DNA of 64,000 bases, from contig JAQCFO010000003.1 in assembly GCA_027619415.1 (NCBI GenBank), forward strand, positions 45,596 to 109,595. The letters run 5' to 3'. Under the pieces are notes generated by a model. It worked only from the letters and a program-made list of their open reading frames with translations, was not told where the DNA came from and did no database searches. Origin of the DNA: Bacteroidota bacterium (GTDB lineage Bacteria > Bacteroidota > Bacteroidia > Flavobacteriales > Flavobacteriaceae). The position numbers and the translations under genes were made by a program. This document shows, piece by piece, positions 35,901 through 42,350 of the stretch; position 1 is the first letter of the stretch, and each line of letters begins with the position of its first letter.

Positions 35901-36199
35901 TAGTCAATTAAAGGAGCAAGTATTTCAAATAATTTTTTCATAGTAACAATCAAGAACCTCCCCAACTATCTTGAAAAAAAATTCCAACGCCAAGTTCAGC
36001 CCACAAGTATAAAAATAAAATTATTACAAATATTATAATTGCTTTTTTCTTATTCACAAACTAAATATAATGTTTTTAAAAACACCCAATCCAAGAACTG
36101 CTGTAATACAAAGTTATAATCGTCCAGTACTTTATAAAAACCACATACTATTAAATGTTGCAGTTGTAGTTAGGTTTAGATAATGACTATATTTATATT

Positions 36200-36445
36200 A
36201 TGAGGAAATTTCTTCTTTTATTGGCAATTATTTTTGTGTTTGGATGTGATGGGTTAGTAAAAGATTGTGGTGAGATTTATGCAAAGTATTCAAATGATGG
36301 AGAATACTTTCTGGCAGTAAACCTTAGTAGTTCAAAATATAGTAAAGATGGTGAGCAAGGTGGAGAAATACTAGCTGACGCTGTAGTTACTAAATCAATA
36401 TACGATTCAGTAAATGTTGGAGATGATTACTGCTTTGAAAACTAA
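36200..36445 (+). CDS. small lipoprotein (81 aa)
   Basis: Lipobox IFVFGC. Paralog relic at 15648..15907. Confidence 0.6.
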   Translation: MRKFLLLLAIIFVFGCDGLVKDCGEIYAKYSNDGEYFLAVNLSSSKYSKDGEQGGEILADAVVTKSIYDSVNVGDDYCFEN

Positions 36446-36508
36446 TATCTTCTACTGTCAATTCAGCTACTTCTAATCCTCGTAAGTAGGTTAATAAGGT
36501 TTATATAA
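36445..36508 (+). repeat. cassette-end repeat copy R1
   Basis: ata tct tct act gtc aat tca gct act tct aat cct cgt aag TAG, plus tail gttaataaggtttatataa. Overlaps the stop of 36200..36445. Confidence 0.9.
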
Positions 36509-36516
36509 TTCTTATA

Positions 36517-36825
36517 TTAAGATTTCTTTATCCAATCTTCAATTGTTTTAAAAACTGAACATAAGCCATCTGCTTTTGTAGTTAAAGAATACTCAACTTT
36601 TGGAGGTATTTGTTGATATTGTTTTCTTGAAATAAGATTATCACCCTCTAAACTTTTTAATTGATCCGTTAAAACCTTTCTAGAAATATTTGGAATAGAT
36701 GATGCAAGTTGACCGAACCTTACAACCCCCCTGTTTATTAAGGTATTAATTATAATCAATTTCCACCTGCCTCCTAGCATTTCTGTAAAGGATACAACCG
36801 GACATATATCATTAGTTACTTTCAT
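36517..36825 (-). CDS. HxlR (DUF24) family transcriptional regulator
   Basis: CPVVSFTEMLGGRWKLIIINTL...PPKVEYSLT, with the conserved N-terminal Cys of redox-sensing members. Confidence 0.9.
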   Translation of the reverse strand: MKVTNDICPVVSFTEMLGGRWKLIIINTLINRGVVRFGQLASSIPNISRKVLTDQLKSLEGDNLISRKQYQQIPPKVEYSLTTKADGLCSVFKTIEDWIKKS

Positions 36826-36863
36826 AATACTGTTTTAGTAACCTGTAAGTTTCTAGAAAATTA

Positions 36864-36890
36864 AAGTTACTTAAAGGTAACAAGTTACTT
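36864..36890. promoter_or_regulatory. candidate HxlR operator: nested GTTAC/GTAAC palindromes in the divergent intergenic region
   Basis: GTTAC(36866)-N6-GTAAC(36877) and GTAAC(36877)-N2-GTTAC(36884). AAGTTACTT is repeated at 36864 and 36882. Extra half-sites at 36838 and 36815. Confidence 0.4.
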
Positions 36891-36934
36891 TATATAACCA
36901 AACGTAGTAATATTGCTTGAACAAAAAAATAAAT

Positions 36935-37498
36935 ATGAAAACAAAAACTTTATTATCACTACTTCTACTTACTCTATCATCACTTTCCTTTGCACAGTCT
37001 GAATTTAATTTAGAGTCAAGCGAAATACAATGGAAAGGCACAAAAATCACAAATCAATCTCATACCGGGACTCTAAAATTTAAAAAAGCAGATATAAAAA
37101 TTAAAAACAAATACGATGTTTCAGGTGAATTTAAAGTTGATATGAGTAGTTTAAAAAATGATGATTTATCAGGTGAATGGAAACAAAAAATTGAGGGTCA
37201 TTTAAAATCAGATGATTTTTTCTCTGTTGAAAAACATCAAGAAGCAACTTTAGTCATAAAAAAAGTAACTTCTAAAAAGAATAATTCATATGAACTAACA
37301 GGGGATTTAACAATTAAAAGCATTACCCATCCTGTTAATTTTGTTTTGTTAGTTTTTAACGACAGAATTGAAAGTAAATTAACTTTTAATAGGTCAAAAT
37401 ATGACATTCGATTTGCTTCAGGCAGCTTTTTTGAAAATTTAGGTGATAACTTGATAAATGATGAAATTAATCTAGAAATAATATTAAATAAAATATAA
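36935..37498 (+). CDS. YceI-like periplasmic protein (second copy)
   Basis: Signal peptide and HLKSDDFFSV. I prefer ATG 36935 to the TTG at 36917 used in the track. Confidence 0.85.
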   Translation: MKTKTLLSLLLLTLSSLSFAQSEFNLESSEIQWKGTKITNQSHTGTLKFKKADIKIKNKYDVSGEFKVDMSSLKNDDLSGEWKQKIEGHLKSDDFFSVEKHQEATLVIKKVTSKKNNSYELTGDLTIKSITHPVNFVLLVFNDRIESKLTFNRSKYDIRFASGSFFENLGDNLINDEINLEIILNKI

Positions 37499-37503
37499 TA
37501 AAT

Positions 37504-37596
37504 ATGATTTACAAAAAACAAGACCGTCCAAAGTGTGGATGCGGAAATACACTAGACCCAAATGGATATTGTGATGGCTCACACTTAAACAATTAA
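37504..37596 (+). CDS. micro-ORF 1: 30-aa CDGSH-like Cys3His knuckle peptide
   Basis: MIYKKQDRPKCGCGNTLDPNGYCDGSHLNN. Starts 5 nt after the YceI stop. Not in the track (under 60 aa). Confidence 0.45.
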   Translation: MIYKKQDRPKCGCGNTLDPNGYCDGSHLNN

Positions 37597-37634
37597 AATA
37601 CCACCCTCCTATGGAGATCTTTTATATTAATGGC

Positions 37635-37684
37635 ATATCCATAGCTGTCAATTCAGCAACTTCCAAACCACGTAAGTAGGCTAA
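37635..37684 (+). repeat. cassette-end repeat copy R2
   Basis: ata tcc ata gct gtc aat tca gca act tcc aaa cca cgt aag TAG gctaa. Preceded by a 7-bp inverted repeat CTATGGA(37609)/TCCATAG(37638). Confidence 0.9.
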
Positions 37685-37760
37685 AATAGAGTGTCAAATT
37701 TTTTTAATCTAGTTTCATTCTAAAGTGTCTTAATATTATATTTACATTAAAATCATACTT

Positions 37761-37847
37761 ATGTCAAATAAACCTAAATGTGGATGTGGAAATACTCAAA
37801 ATCCTGATGGATTTTGTGATGGTTCTCACAACAACCAAGAAGATTAG
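37761..37847 (+). CDS. micro-ORF 2: 28-aa CDGSH-like Cys3His knuckle peptide
   Basis: MSNKPKCGCGNTQNPDGFCDGSHNNQED. Paralog of micro-ORF 1. Confidence 0.45.
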   Translation: MSNKPKCGCGNTQNPDGFCDGSHNNQED

Positions 37848-37862
37848 ATAAAAAGCATTAAA

Positions 37863-37922
37863 GCTGTACTATACAACAACATAGTTTTCTATAAAGTATG
37901 TAAATTAATAAGGTTTAGATAA
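37863..37922 (+). repeat. degenerate cassette-end repeat copy R4
   Basis: The head gctgta.. aligns weakly. The tail at 37896-37922 is 23/27 identical to the R1 tail at 36482-36508. Confidence 0.55.
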
Positions 37923-37985
37923 AGCTATTAATAGTTAATTGCCTAATAAGATTTTTTTTAATTCAGGAATACTTAAATTCGATGG

Positions 37986-38360
37986 GTGAATAAATTAAAT
38001 AGTCTTTTAAAAAACAAATGTCCTAAATGTGGAAATGGTGATTTTTTTATTAATAGAAATCCATACTTAAATATTTTATTTCACAAAGGAAATCATCATA
38101 AAAATTGTTCTTCTTGTAAATTGAAATACGAATTAGAACCAGGCTTTTTTTACGGAGCGATGTATGTTAGTTATGCTTTAGCTATTGGCTTAGGATGTTT
38201 TCTTTTAATTCTATTTATAGGCATTCTAGGTAAAGAAGACGTTTCAATTCTAATTGCCATAATAGGTTTTAGTGTTTTGATTTTTTCGCCAATAAACTAT
38301 TACTTATCAAGATTGCTGTGGATTAATATATTTATTGATAAAAACAACCCTAAACCATAG
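37986..38360 (+). CDS. DUF983 family membrane protein
   Basis: CPKCGNGDFF...CSSCKLKYELEPGFFYGAMY followed by two TM helices. GTG start. Confidence 0.8.
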   Translation: MNKLNSLLKNKCPKCGNGDFFINRNPYLNILFHKGNHHKNCSSCKLKYELEPGFFYGAMYVSYALAIGLGCFLLILFIGILGKEDVSILIAIIGFSVLIFSPINYYLSRLLWINIFIDKNNPKP

Positions 38361-38362
38361 AC

Positions 38363-38413
38363 ATCTCTTCTACAGTCAATTCAGCAACTTCAAACCCTCG
38401 TAAGTAGGTTAAA
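38363..38413 (+). repeat. cassette-end repeat copy R3
   Basis: atc tct tct aca gtc aat tca gca act tca aac cct cgt aag TAG gttaaa. Begins 3 nt after the DUF983 stop. Confidence 0.9.
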
Positions 38414-38501
38414 CTCACGTTTAAATTGAGTGCCCCATAGCTTTTTGTAGCTTGGTAAATGACCCTGTTCTTTTAAAGGCTTCTATTGCAATAAGTTCTC
38501 T

Positions 38502-38509
38502 TACATTTG
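38502..38509 (+). promoter_or_regulatory. TAnnTTTG -7 box
   Basis: TACATTTG ends 4 nt before ATG 38514. Confidence 0.35.
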
Positions 38510-38513
38510 TAGA

Positions 38514-38759
38514 ATGAAATTAACAAACAATGTTATTTTGAAAAAACTACGTGTAGCTCACAAACTTCGCGATACGGATATTGTAGAAATTTGTGCTTTA
38601 GTAGATTTTAAGGTTAGCAAAGGGGAATTAGGAGCATTATTTAGAAACGAAGAGCACGATAAATATATGGAATGCGGAGATCAAATTTTACGTAATTTTT
38701 TAAACGGACTGGTCATTCACTTGAGGGGTCCTATGCCTAAAAAAGGAGAAAAAAAATAA
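38514..38759 (+). CDS. DUF1456 (YehS-like) protein
   Basis: ILKKLRVAHKLRDTDIVEI...ILRNFLNGL repeat pattern, 81 aa. Confidence 0.75.
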   Translation: MKLTNNVILKKLRVAHKLRDTDIVEICALVDFKVSKGELGALFRNEEHDKYMECGDQILRNFLNGLVIHLRGPMPKKGEKK

Positions 38760-38771
38760 ATTTATAGCGCT

Positions 38772-39371
38772 TTATAACTTTTGTAATATTATTCCGGAAT
38801 ATCGTTTGAATTTACCGCATACTTCTGCATTATTTTTCTTTGTAGTTAGTATGTTAAAAACACAATCTGTCTGCATTTCTTGGCTTACTATTTCTATATT
38901 GTATTTTTTTATGATAGGCATTACTTTGTTCATGCTAGGATAGTCGAATTTTATTTGGACTGGAATGATAATTTCTTTAGTAATAATTTCGCTTGCTTCC
39001 AGAGTCTGTTTTGCACATTCTTTATATGCAAAAGCCAATCCCCCGATTCCTAATTTAATTCCTCCAAAATAGCGAACTACAACAATGAGAATATTTGTAA
39101 TCTCAAATGATTGTATTTGGCCATATATTGGAATTCCTGCGCTATTTCGAGGTTCTCCATCATCATTTAACCGATACACTGTGTTTGTTACTCCAATTTG
39201 ATAAGCATAACAAAAGTGCCTAGCTGAGTGGTGTTTTTTCTTGAGTTTCTCTATCTGTTTTTTTATGTCTTCGTGTTCTGAAACAGGAAATGCATATCCA
39301 AAAAATTTACTTTGTTTTTCTTTAAATAAAAATTCTGCTTTTATATTAATAGTGCGATATGTGTTTTTCAT
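38772..39371 (-). CDS. IMPACT/YigZ family protein (UPF0029)
   Basis: SKFFGYAFPV...HFCYAY...DDGEP..SAG.PI pattern, 199 aa. Confidence 0.85.
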   Translation of the reverse strand: MKNTYRTINIKAEFLFKEKQSKFFGYAFPVSEHEDIKKQIEKLKKKHHSARHFCYAYQIGVTNTVYRLNDDGEPRNSAGIPIYGQIQSFEITNILIVVVRYFGGIKLGIGGLAFAYKECAKQTLEASEIITKEIIIPVQIKFDYPSMNKVMPIIKKYNIEIVSQEMQTDCVFNILTTKKNNAEVCGKFKRYSGIILQKL

Positions 39372-39461
39372 TACTCTATATATAGCCGCCTATCAATATA
39401 GCCATTTTACGAATTCATGCTAAGAGATTTTAAAATAGCTGTAGAAATGAAACGCTTGAAA

Positions 39462-40496
39462 TCAATTACTTCCAAAAGTGATGTTGTCAAAGTAAATCAC
39501 ATTGTCTATTGTTCTAGCATTAAAATCAGGAAAAATAATTATTTGATCAATTATACCTGTAATTCCTTTGCCAATACTCCCTGATAAATCAAAAGCTAAT
39601 TCTTCCCATTCATTAATTTTTGTGTTAGCGACTTTTACTTCTGGCTGCGCCTCTCCATTTACTTCAGAAAATTTTAAGCCTACATCACTAATCACGGTCT
39701 TATAAACCATTATTTTAACGATGCTGTTGTTTGCGTCAAATTTAAAAGAACCAATATCAGACCCGTGTTGAGATTCACATCCTGCATACGGTGCTCCATT
39801 TTTTAAAGCAGTAAATTTTGCCACTTTAGAAGAAGTGTTTATTCCAGAAGAATTAGGGTTTGCCACAATTTCTAAGGATGGATCTGAGTCGTTTTCAAAC
39901 ACCTTCCATGTCCAATCAGCGCCATAACCCCCAACTTCAAAATCAATTGGACTATTAGAAACAGTTCCACTTCCTCCGCCTCCACCCGTGTCTTCTTTTT
40001 TAAATATTGATTTAACAAGTTTATTTGAATTTAAAGTAATTATATATGGGTTTTTATTCCCTGAAATATCTCCTTTCCATTCGTTAAATTTCCAGCCATC
40101 TGAAGGAATAGCTTCAAGTTCAATTACTGTTCCGCTGTTATAGTCTGTTATTGCTCCCGATTTGATTACCGTCTCTTTTATTGACCCTTCTCCCTCAACT
40201 TCAGTGCTAAGTGTATACTTTTTTTTAATAAAATTAGCGGTAACTAATTTATCCTTATCCATTACAACACTAGTATTAAAATCAATTCCTGAAGCACCCG
40301 TCCAGCTTTGAAACACAAATTCTGATGAAGCGGTTGCTGTAATTTCAGCTGATTCTCCATTGCCATACTCTGCCATAGATGGGCTTACTAATCCGCCGTT
40401 TATTGGGTTAGAGGACGTAAATAATGTGTATATAACGGGGTCTTTAGAGCAAGAGGTTATAGAAATAAACACTAGTAATAAAAATATTTTTTTCAT
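39462..40496 (-). CDS. surface lipoprotein: two InlB-B-repeat-like domains, Gly linker, C-terminal putative carbohydrate-binding module
   Basis: Lipobox ITSCS, repeated ..GG.V.P....Y..G..V...A.P..G..F..W.G motifs, a GGGGGSG linker, and a C-terminal W..L.FD....I..I.IFPD...YFDNI pattern. Confidence 0.65.
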   Translation of the reverse strand: MKKIFLLLVFISITSCSKDPVIYTLFTSSNPINGGLVSPSMAEYGNGESAEITATASSEFVFQSWTGASGIDFNTSVVMDKDKLVTANFIKKKYTLSTEVEGEGSIKETVIKSGAITDYNSGTVIELEAIPSDGWKFNEWKGDISGNKNPYIITLNSNKLVKSIFKKEDTGGGGGSGTVSNSPIDFEVGGYGADWTWKVFENDSDPSLEIVANPNSSGINTSSKVAKFTALKNGAPYAGCESQHGSDIGSFKFDANNSIVKIMVYKTVISDVGLKFSEVNGEAQPEVKVANTKINEWEELAFDLSGSIGKGITGIIDQIIIFPDFNARTIDNVIYFDNITFGSN

Positions 40497-40562
40497 TTAT
40501 TAAATTGTAAAATTATTTAATTGCATTTTACAATAAATAAAAAATATTAAAAAAATAAATAA

Positions 40563-40665
40563 ACTATACATAGGGTTAGAGGCAAGAATAAAAGGCTGAA
40601 TAAAAGAGGGGGTTTAAGCAAGGGCATTCAAAGTGCGCTTTATAAAAAGAATTTTAATGTATAGT
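40563..40665. other. 103-nt purine-rich element bounded by a 9-bp inverted repeat
   Basis: ACTATACAT (40563-40571) and ATGTATAGT (40657-40665). Non-coding, within a 299-nt intergenic gap. Confidence 0.5.
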
Positions 40666-40795
40666 TAATGTATTGTTATTAAAAGATTTTTGAAAAATAA
40701 ATTTGTGGAAAACAGCTCTTTCTAGTTCTTTTATTGAGGCTGAATCTATAGTAAGTAGCATTAACTTTGCTTTTTTAACAGCCAACCATTAAGTT

Positions 40796-41218
40796 TTAAA
40801 AACACAGAGCCTTAATTGAGCTTGATATTTTTTGCTCTGCTAAAAAAGGGGTTTTATACTCTCCTGCTACTAAATCGTCAATATCATTAATTTTTCTAAT
40901 TGCTTCCACTTCTTTTCTGTATAGAAATAGCTTTGACTTTGTAGTATTGCCATTATTGCAAGTTGCTATAATCTCAATTACTAAGTTTTTTAAATCCGTT
41001 TGAAAAAGGTCGGCTTGAATGATTTTTTTTTCTAAAAAATAACTTCCAAATTTGGATTCCAAATCATTAAGATTTTTAAAAGACCTTCTTTTGGTGAAAC
41101 TGTTCATATCCTTGTTAATAAAGCTACTTGCCTTATCAGAGCTTGATACTTGTGATGACATCTCCGTATAAGATCTTTTATCATCTGTAAAATAGCCTGT
41201 ATTGTCTTCAATTATCAA
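40796..41218 (-). CDS. hypothetical protein; probably the 3' part of a longer frameshifted gene starting at ATG 41357
   Basis: The track start is TTG. The frame stays open upstream to 41341 (..ILLLSHDFYGQSRKEIRQQKTILKKQ..). An ATG at 41357 (MNYCLSF..) is one base out of frame across a T5 run (41336-41340). Confidence 0.45.
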   Translation of the reverse strand: MIIEDNTGYFTDDKRSYTEMSSQVSSSDKASSFINKDMNSFTKRRSFKNLNDLESKFGSYFLEKKIIQADLFQTDLKNLVIEIIATCNNGNTTKSKLFLYRKEVEAIRKINDIDDLVAGEYKTPFLAEQKISSSIKALCF

Positions 41219-41399
41219 CCATTCTGCTAATTGATTGTTTAATTTTTGTATTGTTTTTTGTTTTTTTAATATTGTTTTTTGTTGCCTTATTTCCTTTCTT
41301 GATTGTCCATAAAAATCATGGCTTAGTAAAAGAATAAAAACTTAAACAATAATTCATAATCTAAATATACTAACGCATAGAGTGATTAGGTTTAGCAAA

Positions 41400-41531
41400 T
41401 TATTTTATTTTTAACAGCATTTTTTTATCTTGAATTGGTCGACAAGTAACTGATCCAAAAGAACAGTAGACGCAGCATTCACCTTGATTTGATTTCAAAG
41501 TTTTTTACAGCTCGCATTCGTGAAAAACTTA
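41400..41531 (-). pseudogene. relic of a small Cys-rich GDCCVxC-type gene (C-terminal about 43 codons, two in-frame TAA)
   Basis: Own translation: VFHECEL*KTLKSNQGECCVYCSFGSVTCRPIQDKKMLLKIK*. The GECCVYCSFGSVxCxPIQ end matches the GDCCVxC domain family as I recall it. Confidence 0.5.
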
Positions 41532-41577
41532 AGAACTAGATTGACTCTCTAATGCTTCTAGCGCTTTTATTTAAAAA

Positions 41578-42348
41578 TCAAAACTTTAAATGCCTAACCG
41601 TGTCTTCATTGTTGATTATCTGTTTCAAGGATTCTATACCAATTAACAAATGTTTTTTATCAAATAACGCAGAATTTATGTCATCTTTTAGCCCCGTCTT
41701 GACTCCTTCAGGAATCATTGGCTGATCTGTAACCAGCAACAAAGCTCCAATAGGAATTCTGTTATGAAACCCTACTGTAAAAAGTGTTGCGGTTTCCATG
41801 TCAATCGAGTAAGCTCTAACTAATTTTAAATAGTTTTTAAATTTTGTGTCAAACTCCCAAACTCTTCTATTGGTTGTAAACACCGTTCCGGTCCAATAAT
41901 CAATTTTTTGATATTTTAATGCAGAAGAAATCGCTCTTTGAAGTGAAAAAGAAGGCATCGCAGGGACTTCTATTGGAAAATAATCATTAGAAGTTCCTTC
42001 CCCCCTAATGGCTCCAATTGGCAAAACAAAATCTCCAAGAGCAATTCTCTTTTTTAGACCTCCACATTTTCCCAAAAACAAGACTGCTTTAGGTTTTATT
42101 GCGATAAGCAAGTCCATAACTGTCGCCGCATTAGGGCTGCCCATTCCAAAGTTTATTATGGTTATGTTGTCGTGGGTAGAGGAAGACATGTTTTTGTCTG
42201 GGCCATCTACTTCAACGTTATTAAGCAAGGCAAACTCTTCAACGTATTTTTGAAAATTTGTCAATAATATAAAGGCTCCAAAAGAATCTATCTGTACTCC
42301 TGTATATCTTGTTATCCAGTCCTTGACTATTTCTTTTTTTGTTTTCAT
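41578..42348 (-). CDS. PNP_UDP_1 family nucleoside phosphorylase / short AMP-nucleosidase-like protein
   Basis: INFGMGSPNAATVMDLL, GKCGG and IDMETATLF motifs. Confidence 0.72.
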   Translation of the reverse strand: MKTKKEIVKDWITRYTGVQIDSFGAFILLTNFQKYVEEFALLNNVEVDGPDKNMSSSTHDNITIINFGMGSPNAATVMDLLIAIKPKAVLFLGKCGGLKKRIALGDFVLPIGAIRGEGTSNDYFPIEVPAMPSFSLQRAISSALKYQKIDYWTGTVFTTNRRVWEFDTKFKNYLKLVRAYSIDMETATLFTVGFHNRIPIGALLLVTDQPMIPEGVKTGLKDDINSALFDKKHLLIGIESLKQIINNEDTVRHLKF

Positions 42349-42350
42349 GT

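Larger units (their letters stand above)
35107..38420 (+). mobile_element. tRNA-flanking accessory region built of small modules ending in a shared direct repeat (cassette-like; no recombinase gene seen)
   Basis: See repeats at 36445, 37635, 37863 and 38363. Content is small unrelated ORFs. Confidence 0.4.

Noticed and set aside
36436-38407. Programmed -1 frameshifting that would append the tail ..VNSATS(N/K)PRK to the upstream proteins. All three tails are in the -1 frame of the preceding ORF.
   Set aside because: No X_XXY_YYZ slippery heptamer precedes the stops. In R2 the shift would destroy the CDGSH His. The paralog at 15648..15907 stops at the same position as 36200..36445 without any tail. 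It stays a low-probability alternative under the main finding.
36445-38413. Whether the repeated about 45-nt elements could be a CRISPR array.
   Set aside because: There are only 3-4 copies, the spacing is irregular (about 1190, 230 and 500 nt), the intervals contain genes, and no cas genes are present.
36445-38413. Whether the repeats are a diversity-generating retroelement TR/VR set, since each variable site has an A in at least one copy.
   Set aside because: Variation is at synonymous third positions rather than AAY first/second positions. The repeats are only about 45 nt, and there is no reverse transcriptase nearby.
41505-41507. Reading the in-frame stop of the GDCCVxC relic as selenocysteine.
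   Set aside because: The codon is TAA, not TGA. A second stop lies upstream and the N-terminal half is missing, so pseudogene is the simpler call.
35107-41577. A duplicated tRNA 3'-end (attR) that would mark the right border of a tRNA-integrated island.
   Set aside because: I found no copy of the tRNA 3' half. The only hit is an 8-mer AATTGGTC at about 41446, which is consistent with chance.
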